Positions 21,362-31,555 of a stretch of 64,000 nt of DNA are shown in pieces (position 1 is the stretch's first letter; the number at the start of each line of letters is the position of its first letter). The stretch spans positions 17,380-81,379 of IMG/VR virus record IMGVR_UViG_3300032213_001850; one strand, given 5' to 3'. The notes under the pieces were generated by a model. The model was not told the origin of the DNA. It did no database searches and saw only the letters and a program-made list of their open reading frames with translations. The translations under genes and the position numbers were made by a program. The DNA is from a virus.

Positions 21362-21365
21362 ATTA

Positions 21366-21397
21366 TTTGGTAATATCAAATATTTGTCGTATATTTA
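21366..21397 (+). promoter_or_regulatory. Bacteroidota-type housekeeping promoter (-33 TTTG, -7 TATATTTA)
   Basis: TTTG 21366-69, 20-nt spacer, TATATTTA 21390-97; matches TTTG-N19-21-TAnnTTTG at 7 of 8 positions of the -7 box. Confidence 0.65.
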
Positions 21398-21401
21398 GGG
21401 G

Positions 21402-22343
21402 GTGTTGAAGCAAAATGATAAGAATATAGTCGTATCTACCCTAAGTGGCGTTTTGGGTAGTCACCTCACTCTTAAAGGGAATGAGTTGGCATTTTACTGT
21501 CCTTTCTGCAATCATCACAAACCAAAACTTCAAGTCAATACCGAAACTCAAAAGTGGCATTGTTGGACTTGCAATAGTGGTGGTAAGAAATTGACCTCAT
21601 TATTAAAAAAGTTAGATGTTGATAGAAAGACTATTTCAATCATTAGAGAAATCTACGGAGATAACAATTATAACCCACAATTAGAGGACGCCGATACAAA
21701 GGTGTTCATTTCCCTACCAAAAGAATTTATCAGTCTTAGTGAGACTCCAAAGGGGTTTAATCCAGAATTTAAACATGCAATACATTACCTTACTCAAAGA
21801 GGTATTACTGAAAAGGACATAATCAAATATAACATAGGATATTGTAAAGAAGGGTTGTATGGACAAAGAGTAATTATACCATCATACAATTCCGATGGTA
21901 CATTAAATTACTTTGTTTCTCGTTCGTATTATCCGGAGAACAAAATGAAATACAAAAATCCTCCAATCAGTAAAAATATAATATGTTTTGACTCTCAAGT
22001 AAATTGGAGTGAACCGATTATACTTTGTGAGGGTGTATTTGATGCAATCACAATTAAAAGAAATGCAATTCCACTTTTAGGTAAATTTCCATCAAGAATA
22101 TTGGTTGAAAAAATCTTTATGAGCGGTATTACCGATATTATTATTTCATTAGACAACGATGCAATAAATGAGGCACTTAAAGCTGCCGAATATTTTAGAA
22201 AACAAGGTATTCATGTAAAAATGATGTATCTTAAAGACAAAGATGCCGCCGATATGGGGTATGAAAAATTCTATGAGGAATTAAAGAAAACCAAAGAGTT
22301 TTCTCCCGAAGAATTATTATTAAACAAAATAAACTCACTATGA
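21402..22343 (+). CDS. DNA primase (Zn finger plus TOPRIM)
   Basis: CPFC..H and HCWTC zinc ribbon, YLTQRGI, KYKNP, CEGVFDA, LDND, KDAAD. Confidence 0.9.
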   Translation: MLKQNDKNIVVSTLSGVLGSHLTLKGNELAFYCPFCNHHKPKLQVNTETQKWHCWTCNSGGKKLTSLLKKLDVDRKTISIIREIYGDNNYNPQLEDADTKVFISLPKEFISLSETPKGFNPEFKHAIHYLTQRGITEKDIIKYNIGYCKEGLYGQRVIIPSYNSDGTLNYFVSRSYYPENKMKYKNPPISKNIICFDSQVNWSEPIILCEGVFDAITIKRNAIPLLGKFPSRILVEKIFMSGITDIIISLDNDAINEALKAAEYFRKQGIHVKMMYLKDKDAADMGYEKFYEELKKTKEFSPEELLLNKINSL

Positions 22344-22963
22344 AAGGGAATGAACAAATAGAGGTTTTTGGAGAAAAAATTGAAATTCAAAATACAAAAA
22401 AGAATGGTAACAATGTCATTATGCATATTGGAGAAAAATATTTAATGACTAAACTTGCAGAAATTGTTACAAAAAACGGAGGTGACATATTAGAAATTGG
22501 ATTTGGAATGCATTTATCTGCCGATGCTATACAATCAAATGCAAATGTGACATCACATACCATAATAGAAATTCATCCAGTACAATATGAAAGAGCATTA
22601 GAATGGGCAAAGTTACAAAAAATAAAAACAACAGTTATATTAGGTGATTGGATTGAATTATTACCATTGACTAATATGAAGTTTGATGGAGTATTACATG
22701 ATACACATTTAGACCCGAATATACCTAAATTTTTAGATTATATAGTAGATAATTGTAAAAAAGGTACAATTGTAGGTTTTTTTGAATTTCAAAAATTTGA
22801 CGCTCGTTTAAATGGATATAGGGTTAATATACCTGAGGCAGAGTATCAAACGATTCCATATAAAGAAAATTTATCTTTTAAAGACAATCAATTTGAACTA
22901 AAATACACCACATTTGATGGTGATGAATTTTATAGTGAAAAGAATATAAATAAACTATTATGA
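22340..22963 (+). CDS. Class I SAM-dependent methyltransferase, GAMT/Rmt2-like
   Basis: GGDILEIGFGM, HTIIEIHP, GDW, FDGVLHDT. Confidence 0.8.
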   Translation: MKGNEQIEVFGEKIEIQNTKKNGNNVIMHIGEKYLMTKLAEIVTKNGGDILEIGFGMHLSADAIQSNANVTSHTIIEIHPVQYERALEWAKLQKIKTTVILGDWIELLPLTNMKFDGVLHDTHLDPNIPKFLDYIVDNCKKGTIVGFFEFQKFDARLNGYRVNIPEAEYQTIPYKENLSFKDNQFELKYTTFDGDEFYSEKNINKLL

Positions 22964-25900
22964 GTTTAAAAACAATTTACCACATTGCCGATGTTCACAT
23001 CCGTAATGTAAAAAGACACAAAGAGTATAGACAGGTATTTGAAAAAATGTTTGAGGAAATCCGTAAAAGAGGAACCGAAGATGCAATCATTTATTTAGCA
23101 GGTGATATTGCCCACGCTAAATTAGAAATGTCTCCTGAATTAGTCAACGAAATAAGTTGGTTATTCAAAGAGTGTGCTAAAACTTGTCCTACAATTCTTA
23201 TTACTGGAAATCACGATTGTAATATGAACAATATGGATAGAATGGATGTTCTTACTCCATTGGTTGATGCATTAGAATTAGAAAACTTTTATTATTTAAG
23301 AGACACACAAGTATTTTCTATTGGTGGTATTGATTTTTCAGTATTTTCAATTTTAGATAACAAAGACAATTGGATTAGTGCTGACAAAATGTTTGGTAAT
23401 AAAAAGATTGCTTTATTCCACGGGCCTGTTGATAATTCACAAACTGATATAGGTTATGTGGTAAGTAGTAGACATTTTACAACGGATATATTTGATGGAT
23501 TTGATTTAGCCTTATTAGGTGATATTCATAAGCGTCAAGAAATGATAAGTCCGAAAGGTTGTAAGGTAGTTTACGCAGGTTCTCTATTACAACAAAACTT
23601 TGGTGAGACATTGGATAGACATGGTTTTTTAGCTTGGGATTTAGATACAATGACCTATGAGGAAATTGACATTCAAAATGACTATGGTTATTATACTATG
23701 GATATTGACAATGGTAAGGTTCCAGTTGTAAACGATATGCCAAAACATCCTCGTTTGAGAGTAAGATTGTCAAACACCGATACTGCGGACACTAAAAAGG
23801 TAATTGCAGAAATCAAAATGAAATATGGTGTTGATGACTTTACAATTATTAGAACGGACTCTCTATCAAAAAAGAAAACAGGAGATAGAAGTAATAAATT
23901 AGACTTTGAAAACATTGCAGATATAAACTATCAAAACTCTTTAATAAATGAGTATGTGGAAAGAATGATGCCGTTTGTTGATGCAAAAGACTTAGGTGAA
24001 TTGGAAAAGATAAATAGAGATGTTAATAGTAGAATTACACATGAGGAAACTTTAAGAAACATTTATTGGAAACCGATTAGATTTGAGTTTTCTAATATGT
24101 TTAGTTATGGTGAGGACAATAAGATTGATTTTAGTAAGTTAAACGGATTGATGGGATTGTTTGCACCAAATGCACAAGGTAAATCATCTATATTTGATGC
24201 AATTTCATTCTGTCTTTATGATAAGAGTAGTAGAGCATTCAAAGCACAAAATATCTTAAACAATAGAAAGCAAGATTTTAGTTGTCATTTACATTTTCAA
24301 ATTGAAGGTATAGATTATCATATTGAAAGAACTGCAAAAACTATAAACAAAGGAAAAAATGTAAAAGTTGATGTTCAGTTTTATAGACAAGATGGTGATG
24401 ACAAAACTTCTTTGAACGGAACCGAAAGGAGAGACACAAATACAGTAATTGAACAATATGTTGGTAAGTATGAAGATTTCGTATTGACTGCATTATCGTT
24501 ACAAGGTAATAACTCCATATTCATTGACAAATCACAAAGTGAGAGAAAAGACTTACTTGCTCAATTTATGGGATTGAATGTTTTTGACAAATTATACGAT
24601 ACGGCAATTGAAGATATCAAAGAAGTTTCGGTATTGATTAAAAACTTTAAGAAAAACGACTTTACTACCGAACTTGCGGATAAAGCAAATGACTTAAAAG
24701 AAAAGAAAGGTGAGTTAAAAGAATTAGATAAAGAATTAGCTAGATTGAATGGTGATAAGGATGGATTAGATAGTGTTATATTAGAATTAAGTAGAAACCT
24801 TACTCCAATTGATGGTAATTCAAATATTGATGATTTAAATACTCGTAAAGAAAAATTAAAAAGTGACATTGAAATAAATGAAATTTATATAGAAAACAAA
24901 GTTGGTAATATTAACGCCATAACTGAAAAGATGGTTGAGTTATTACAAAGTGTAAACGAAAAGAAACAATCAAATGGTATTGATATAGAAATTGTCTATT
25001 CAAACTATCAACGAGAACAAAAATCTTTAATTGAAGCAGAGAAAGTATATTCAAATGCAAAGTTATATTTAAGTTTAGCTGAAGAAAAAATAAAACATTT
25101 GGATAAACATGAGTATGACCCAAATTGTAAATATTGTTGTGATAATACATTTGTTAAAGATGCGATGGTTGCAAAAAATGCATTACCTGAATTGGAAGCA
25201 ATAGTTAAACAAGCAATGATTGATTGTGTTGGTATTCAACAAACTCTGGATACTATGGAGGACATTGAAGAACAATATAATGAATGGAATGACTTTAAAA
25301 ATAAATTGGAACAATCTAAATCTATTCATAAAACTTATGTATTAGAATTTGATGGTTTGAATACTAAAAAAGAATTATTAGAAACCCAATTAGACAATGT
25401 AGAGGATGATATTGAAAAGTATTATGAGAATGAGGACACTATTCAAAGCAATAAAGAGTTAGAAAAACAAATCAAAGACTTAGAAATTGCAAAGAAAGGA
25501 TTTGAGTCGGACATTAAAGATATTACTAAACAAATAGCAACTACAAATGGTTCTATATCATCATTACAGACTTATATAGACAACATCAAACAAAAGATGA
25601 ATGAGGTTAAGGACTTAGAGGAAAAGAACCGATTATACACCTATTATTTAGATGCCGTAAAGAGAGATGGTATTCCATATGAATTGATTTCAAAAGCTTT
25701 ACCTGTTATTGAGAATGAGGTAAACAATATCCTTGCACAAGTTGTAGACTTTGGTGTTACAATGGAAATGGATGGTAAATCAATAAATGCAAAAATAGTT
25801 TACGAAGACCAGGAATGGCCATTGGAGATGTGTAGTGGAATGGAGAAGTTCGTTAGTGGACTTGCTATTAGAGTTGCACTTATTAATGTATGTAACTTAC

Positions 25901-26103
25901 CTCGTCCGAATTTCTTAGTAGTAGACGAAGGATTTGGAACATTGGATGCAGATAATTTATCATCTTTATTTATGATGATGCAATATCTTAAAACTCAATT
26001 TGATTTCATTTGGGTTATTTCTCACTTAGAACAAATGAGAGATATCGTAGATGGATTGATAGAAATAAAAAAAGAGAATGGATTTAGTAAGATTGATTTC
26101 TAA
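22960..26103 (+). CDS. Fused Mre11/SbcD nuclease - Rad50/SbcC ATPase (gp47-gp46-like)
   Basis: ADVH, AGD, GNHD, GDIH, YAGS phosphoesterase motifs; Walker A APNAQGKS, coiled coil with CKYC hook, CSGME signature, VVDEGFGTLD, ISH. Confidence 0.92.
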   Translation: MSLKTIYHIADVHIRNVKRHKEYRQVFEKMFEEIRKRGTEDAIIYLAGDIAHAKLEMSPELVNEISWLFKECAKTCPTILITGNHDCNMNNMDRMDVLTPLVDALELENFYYLRDTQVFSIGGIDFSVFSILDNKDNWISADKMFGNKKIALFHGPVDNSQTDIGYVVSSRHFTTDIFDGFDLALLGDIHKRQEMISPKGCKVVYAGSLLQQNFGETLDRHGFLAWDLDTMTYEEIDIQNDYGYYTMDIDNGKVPVVNDMPKHPRLRVRLSNTDTADTKKVIAEIKMKYGVDDFTIIRTDSLSKKKTGDRSNKLDFENIADINYQNSLINEYVERMMPFVDAKDLGELEKINRDVNSRITHEETLRNIYWKPIRFEFSNMFSYGEDNKIDFSKLNGLMGLFAPNAQGKSSIFDAISFCLYDKSSRAFKAQNILNNRKQDFSCHLHFQIEGIDYHIERTAKTINKGKNVKVDVQFYRQDGDDKTSLNGTERRDTNTVIEQYVGKYEDFVLTALSLQGNNSIFIDKSQSERKDLLAQFMGLNVFDKLYDTAIEDIKEVSVLIKNFKKNDFTTELADKANDLKEKKGELKELDKELARLNGDKDGLDSVILELSRNLTPIDGNSNIDDLNTRKEKLKSDIEINEIYIENKVGNINAITEKMVELLQSVNEKKQSNGIDIEIVYSNYQREQKSLIEAEKVYSNAKLYLSLAEEKIKHLDKHEYDPNCKYCCDNTFVKDAMVAKNALPELEAIVKQAMIDCVGIQQTLDTMEDIEEQYNEWNDFKNKLEQSKSIHKTYVLEFDGLNTKKELLETQLDNVEDDIEKYYENEDTIQSNKELEKQIKDLEIAKKGFESDIKDITKQIATTNGSISSLQTYIDNIKQKMNEVKDLEEKNRLYTYYLDAVKRDGIPYELISKALPVIENEVNNILAQVVDFGVTMEMDGKSINAKIVYEDQEWPLEMCSGMEKFVSGLAIRVALINVCNLPRPNFLVVDEGFGTLDADNLSSLFMMMQYLKTQFDFIWVISHLEQMRDIVDGLIEIKKENGFSKIDF

Positions 26104-26269
26104 GAACTACCTTATCAGCCTTCAACACACTAGATTGTGGTTTTGAGACACCGATGTGTTTCTTAATTAGATTTTCAACTAGGCTACCCATTTTAAACCC
26201 GTGTTCTTCACAATACCCTTTGAGAAGTTCATGGGTTTCTTTTTTGATTTGTAACATTGCGTATTTCAT
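26084..26269 (-). CDS. Ribbon-helix-helix (Arc/CopG-like) DNA-binding protein
   Basis: KYAMLQI beta strand, KETHELLKGYCEEHG helix, KMGSLVENLIKKH helix; only credible minus-strand gene; has its own ATATTTAT box. Confidence 0.7.
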   Translation of the reverse strand: MKYAMLQIKKETHELLKGYCEEHGFKMGSLVENLIKKHIGVSKPQSSVLKADKVVLRNQSY

Positions 26270-26277
26270 AACTTATT

Positions 26278-26326
26278 TAGTTTTCTTTAGTTTTCTATAA
26301 TACATTAAAGTATTTATTAGTTTTCT
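26278..26326. promoter_or_regulatory. Putative RHH operator: TAGTTTTCT x3
   Basis: Copies at 26278-86, 26288-96 and 26318-26, between the RHH promoter and its start codon. Confidence 0.55.
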
Positions 26327-26330
26327 TTAT

Positions 26331-26338
26331 ATAAATAT
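26331..26338 (-). promoter_or_regulatory. Putative late promoter box ATATTTAT on the minus strand, driving the RHH gene
   Basis: ATAAATAT on the + strand, upstream of the minus-strand gene. Confidence 0.6.
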
Positions 26339-26359
26339 GTGATAATAATTTTTTTGAAG

Positions 26360-26367
26360 ATATTTAT
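26360..26367 (+). promoter_or_regulatory. Putative late promoter box ATATTTAT, driving the tail fibre gene
   Basis: 13 nt before ATG 26381; divergent from the box at 26331-38. Confidence 0.6.
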
Positions 26368-26380
26368 TTAAAAAGATTAA

Positions 26381-29300
26381 ATGGCTGTTATAAAGAAAAC
26401 CTTATTTGCAAAAAATTTAGATAAATATGCGGTATTAGTAAATGATACTCAACCGGATAGTAAATATTTTAAAATAAGTGAACTATCCGACACATTCACA
26501 GGTGGTAAAAATGCATTTTTAATTGCAGGTTCGGAATACTTAGTTCCTGATACAAAAATACAAATTGAATTAAAGGATTCGGCTGGTAATGTTATTTATC
26601 ACGAACCAGGTGAAGGTATGATATCATCATCAATTAATGGTGAATCATTTGTTGCAGAATATTATGAAGGTGTTTCTAAGGTAGTTGCAGTTTATGTATA
26701 CCCGGATACTGCATATGGCCCTTGTACTCTTACAATATTAGGTGAATTAAACCAATATGTAGATGGAAATGGTTTTACTAAACCCGTATCTTTAGATTGG
26801 GAAAATAAGTATAATGTAAAATGGCAAAAACAAATTAATGTAAATCCATCATTAGCAAACACAACTAAAATTAGATTTTATAAAAGGCCAATTGTAAGTA
26901 TTACCGAATTGTTGGAACCAGTTTATAGAATAGAAAGTGGTTCTAAGGTAAGTTCGGGGATAAATCAATCTTTTGCAAACATAAAAATATCCAATTTAGA
27001 AACTTTTGCAGGTGATGTAAAAAGAGTAAAAGTATTTAGAACATCATTTGGTGATATATCCGATTTTAGTTTGATACAAGATATATTGGTTGAATCAAAA
27101 GAACTATTAACCACATTTGAATTATCAGGAAGTGTTGTAGGAAATACCGGAATATTTACATCGGAAACTCTTAAAAATTACTGGAATACGAGTTCATTAA
27201 ATGTAGAATTATCAAATAATAGAGTTGAGAGTGGTATAAAAATGATTGGTAGTGGAAAATTAACATATACCTCATCTTTAGATATAAGAAGTGCAAATAC
27301 ATATGAATTAAATTTAGATGCATTTTATTCTGCATCCACATCTAGCAATTTAGGAATATATTTAAATTATGTGTCTCAATCTACAACATTTACAAGTAGT
27401 ATTGGAACATTGGTAGGAACACAGCCAACTAAAAATTTATTAGACACCACTATACCATTTAAAATAGATAAAGATTATCCATCTGCTAGTTTATATTTTT
27501 CACAATCTCAAGGTGAATGGCATTTAGGAAATATAAGTTTAAAATTATCACAAGATACTGCTTTTTCTCCTGATGAGGTTTCTTTTATTACAACAATGCC
27601 TACTGTGATTGGTAATGAAGATTTTAATTTTAAGTTTGAATTTTATGATGTTAATAATAACTATGTACCTGTATTTGTTACACAAAGTGCAAATTTTACA
27701 GGTGGTTCAAATACAATTACAAAATTATTAACATTTGAGTCCGATAGAACTGCATTTAGATTTTCAACTGGGTCTTTTGCAAATCCACCAAATCAATCGG
27801 TAAGATTTAAAACTATAAAAACTAATTTCACAGGTTCTATAACATATGCATCATCTGCATTTGATGTTGGTGGTAATTACATTCAACCATCAACTTACGC
27901 TGGAACATATCCAGGTGCATTTGTATCTCAAAATGATAATGGTGCACTTTTAAATATAGCCAGTTTTAGTGGAAGTGTTGCAAGTGTATTAGTTGGTTCA
28001 ATTGTTTATACCGCATCATGTGAAGGTTTTACTGAATTTGAAACCATTTATAGATTTGAAGATGGTGATAATGCACCCGGTGTATTCGTAACTGCAAATA
28101 CAAATCAATTTATTTATAAGGCAACCGACTTATCTCTTAACCCAACGGGTCAAGTTATTACAATAGAAGCAAAACGTAAAAACTTAGCATCAGCTTCAAC
28201 TCCATTGACTATAAATTCTGGAAGTGGGAAACCACCTCTAACATATGTTTCTACAAATACTACAAATGGTGTAGATACTTATACAATATCCGGAACTTCA
28301 TATCCATATTCAACCAATGAAACAATTTATTCCATTTCCGGTTCTGACCAATTTGGTAACGTTTTTTCTGATGCAATTAAAATAAGTCCTGTAAAAATAT
28401 TAGACGGTTTTTCGGTTGCAACCAGTAATGAGAATACATCGTTCCCTGCTAATTCAGCGGGTTCGGTGATTGGTGGGTTTGCTGCAAGTAGTGGTTCTAT
28501 AACTGTTAAAGTTGGTAACGAAGTTATAAGTTATGCATCACCTATTGCTAATAACAAATTTAGTGCAAGTATTTCTGCAACTTCTGGATTAACTGCTAAT
28601 ACATTTAATGGAACAAATTATTCAATAAATGCTTTAAGCCAAGATAGTGGTTCCTTAACGTTATTAGTAAAATATCAAGATGGTGGTGGTACTATAATAA
28701 GTTCTTCAAAAGAAGTAACATATTCAAAGGTTAAAAAGGCTGCACCGGTATTATCTTTTGTAATTGGTAATAATAATCAAACTGTAACTGCAAAATCAAC
28801 GGGTGCACAAATTGACGCATTTGTAACTGCAAGTTTATCTGTAATTGAAACATATGATGGTATTAGTTCTACTAAAACATTAACTGCGTCACCTACCACT
28901 ACTGCTACCAATTCATATACAATTGGTAATAAAACAACTACAACAATTGCATTACCAAATATGGCAAACGGAACCGATTCGGTTGATATTACAATAACAG
29001 GTTCGGTAGTTGATTCGGAAAATACAACAAGATTGGTTTATGGTAATATTTCATTAGCAAAAAGTAAAAAGGCCGTTCCAAATATAGTAATAACTGCTAC
29101 ACCACAGGCACAATCGGTGTTGGCAAATTCATCAGGTGTCCAAACTGGAACATTATCAAATGTTACAATTGAAGCACTGGAAGGTAGTACGAGTCGATTT
29201 ACATCAATGACTGGGACATATAGTGGATTTTCTACTAATCCAACAATTAGTGATAATATTTTAACTATGACATCTGCCGTTATGAACGCTGCAGAAGCGT

Positions 29301-31555
29301 CGGTAACATTGACGGTAACTCATACTGATAGTGAAGGAACCACCGGTCAAACTAAAACAATAGTAGTAAGGACAACAAAGGTAAACGTTGGAACAAATGG
29401 AACTAATGGTGACCCCGGTGCACCTGGTAGTACCGGTGTAACTGGACCCGGTGTAGTTCATACCGGAGTTTGGACAAGTGGTAGAACATATCAATTTTCA
29501 AATGGGTTAACGGATGGTACAGGTAGGAGAGATACGGTTTTATGGAGTTCAACTGGAAATGCACCTTATAATACATACTATGCGTCCACCAGACAACATC
29601 TTTCAGCAACAGGTAACGTAATAAATGGTGCACCACACCAATCATCACAAACGGCTTGGACTTCTTTAGGTGCACAAGATTTTTTTGTAGCTGCTAAAGT
29701 AGGTATATTTGAAGACTCTTTTGTTCAAAACACGTTAAACATTGGTACGAATTCGAATGGAGCGTTGTCATCCGCAAATATTACTTTGGCGGGTGGTAGT
29801 GCGTATCCGTATATATCCATCGGTCAAAGTTCAACTGCAGGTGAACAAGGATACAATGTAAATGGTATTTTTATTGGAGTGGTCAATGTTAGTGATTCAC
29901 CTGTGTATAGATTATCTTTAAAATCTGCCAGTAATTCTTTATTATGGAATGGTACATCTTTGACTATAAATGGTGGAGGAACATTTAGTGGTGACATATC
30001 AGCAGCTACTGGTACATTTACAGGAGGAGTTTCAGGAACAGGATATAGCTTAAATAATTCGGGATTAAGTTTAACAAATGCCGGTTCATCTATATCATTG
30101 GGTAATGGTGTTACATTAAATAGTAGTGGGTTAAGTGGAACGGGATTTAGTTTAACCACAACGGGTGTGGTTGCAAATACTGGTACAATTGCTGGATGGG
30201 GAATCACCGGTGCCGAATTATTCAAATCCAATGGTGTACATACCATTAGCTTAAATTCGACAGATGCTGCATATTATATTACAAGAAATAGTACCAATCA
30301 AACAAAAGTAAAAATATCACCGGCCACCTACTATAACAAAATAACTGTTTCTTCTTCTGACTTTGTTAATTTTACATATGCATATACCACAAGATTGACA
30401 GGTACCGGTAATAGTTCTCAAGAAGAAACTAGAACATTACCCGCAACAAGTGGAAGACACGATGCTGCCGGTGGGCCAGGAACTGATGGGCCCACATTTG
30501 GTGTTATACAATTAATATATCCCACCGAAGAAATTTGGGTTGATTCTGATGGTGTAAATGGTTTAGATTTTTTAGGATTTATAGCAACTATTGCTGCTAG
30601 TGGTGGAACGATTAATAATGATGATGGGGTGGATGCAAAGTATAGATTAACATTGGTTGCGGAAAAATTTGCAAATTATACCGATGCTGCCAATAGAACC
30701 AATATAATTCAAACATATAGGTCAACTATTGTTGAAAATACTTTAAAAAAACCTGCAGGTGAAACTTTTACTTATGCCGATTATTCATTTGGTCTTTCTG
30801 GTGGTGGTTTTCAAGTAGATAGTAATTTAAACTGGTTTTATGTTTATTTAGAACAATACGTTAGTTGTACAACTACCAATGGTGTACCAGAAGAAGACTC
30901 TGCATTGATTGAGGTGCGCGATTTTGGTGGAACTGTAAAAGTACAGTTTGGTAGAGTAGATAATGGATTTTCACAATTGGCACCTGCAGGTTTGCAAGTG
31001 TATACGGGTGTTAGAACTTATATGAATGCATCGGTGTCGGGTGTAAGTGGAGACAACTTTTTTGAAGTTAAAGGTAAATCTGCATTTTTATCAGGATTAG
31101 CTGTTAATGGTACATTTTCTGCGACTACTAAACAATTCCAAATTACACACCCATTAAATGAAAATAAATGGTTATATCATACTGCAATTGAGGGCCCTCA
31201 AGCAGACTTGATTTATAGAGGTAAATTAAATTTAATAAATGGTGAAGGTAGTTGTAATATAGATGTTTCTTCAAGATTAACAAATGGAACATTTAATTCA
31301 TTAACAAGAAATCCACAATTATTTTTGCAAAACAATGATTCATTTGATAGAATAAAAGGTAAAATTGAAAATGGAAATGTATATGTTGTTAGTGAAAACG
31401 AAAACTCTTCTGCATCGGTTGATTGGACAGTTATTGCTGAAAGATGTGATACGGAAATATTGATGGGTGGTACATATGGTGGTGATGGTAAATATAAAAC
31501 CGAAAAGTGGAAAAGGGAATTTCGTGATACTTTAATGATAACGGGTTCTGTATGA
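26381..31555 (+). CDS. Long tail fibre / receptor-binding protein
   Basis: 1724 aa, S/T/G-rich; ~110-aa Ig-like repeats, collagen-like GTNGTNGDPGAPGSTGVTGPG, GTFSGDISAATGTFTG fibre motif, C-terminal KQFQITHP..LYHTAIEGP chaperone-like domain. Confidence 0.75.
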   Translation: MAVIKKTLFAKNLDKYAVLVNDTQPDSKYFKISELSDTFTGGKNAFLIAGSEYLVPDTKIQIELKDSAGNVIYHEPGEGMISSSINGESFVAEYYEGVSKVVAVYVYPDTAYGPCTLTILGELNQYVDGNGFTKPVSLDWENKYNVKWQKQINVNPSLANTTKIRFYKRPIVSITELLEPVYRIESGSKVSSGINQSFANIKISNLETFAGDVKRVKVFRTSFGDISDFSLIQDILVESKELLTTFELSGSVVGNTGIFTSETLKNYWNTSSLNVELSNNRVESGIKMIGSGKLTYTSSLDIRSANTYELNLDAFYSASTSSNLGIYLNYVSQSTTFTSSIGTLVGTQPTKNLLDTTIPFKIDKDYPSASLYFSQSQGEWHLGNISLKLSQDTAFSPDEVSFITTMPTVIGNEDFNFKFEFYDVNNNYVPVFVTQSANFTGGSNTITKLLTFESDRTAFRFSTGSFANPPNQSVRFKTIKTNFTGSITYASSAFDVGGNYIQPSTYAGTYPGAFVSQNDNGALLNIASFSGSVASVLVGSIVYTASCEGFTEFETIYRFEDGDNAPGVFVTANTNQFIYKATDLSLNPTGQVITIEAKRKNLASASTPLTINSGSGKPPLTYVSTNTTNGVDTYTISGTSYPYSTNETIYSISGSDQFGNVFSDAIKISPVKILDGFSVATSNENTSFPANSAGSVIGGFAASSGSITVKVGNEVISYASPIANNKFSASISATSGLTANTFNGTNYSINALSQDSGSLTLLVKYQDGGGTIISSSKEVTYSKVKKAAPVLSFVIGNNNQTVTAKSTGAQIDAFVTASLSVIETYDGISSTKTLTASPTTTATNSYTIGNKTTTTIALPNMANGTDSVDITITGSVVDSENTTRLVYGNISLAKSKKAVPNIVITATPQAQSVLANSSGVQTGTLSNVTIEALEGSTSRFTSMTGTYSGFSTNPTISDNILTMTSAVMNAAEASVTLTVTHTDSEGTTGQTKTIVVRTTKVNVGTNGTNGDPGAPGSTGVTGPGVVHTGVWTSGRTYQFSNGLTDGTGRRDTVLWSSTGNAPYNTYYASTRQHLSATGNVINGAPHQSSQTAWTSLGAQDFFVAAKVGIFEDSFVQNTLNIGTNSNGALSSANITLAGGSAYPYISIGQSSTAGEQGYNVNGIFIGVVNVSDSPVYRLSLKSASNSLLWNGTSLTINGGGTFSGDISAATGTFTGGVSGTGYSLNNSGLSLTNAGSSISLGNGVTLNSSGLSGTGFSLTTTGVVANTGTIAGWGITGAELFKSNGVHTISLNSTDAAYYITRNSTNQTKVKISPATYYNKITVSSSDFVNFTYAYTTRLTGTGNSSQEETRTLPATSGRHDAAGGPGTDGPTFGVIQLIYPTEEIWVDSDGVNGLDFLGFIATIAASGGTINNDDGVDAKYRLTLVAEKFANYTDAANRTNIIQTYRSTIVENTLKKPAGETFTYADYSFGLSGGGFQVDSNLNWFYVYLEQYVSCTTTNGVPEEDSALIEVRDFGGTVKVQFGRVDNGFSQLAPAGLQVYTGVRTYMNASVSGVSGDNFFEVKGKSAFLSGLAVNGTFSATTKQFQITHPLNENKWLYHTAIEGPQADLIYRGKLNLINGEGSCNIDVSSRLTNGTFNSLTRNPQLFLQNNDSFDRIKGKIENGNVYVVSENENSSASVDWTVIAERCDTEILMGGTYGGDGKYKTEKWKREFRDTLMITGSV

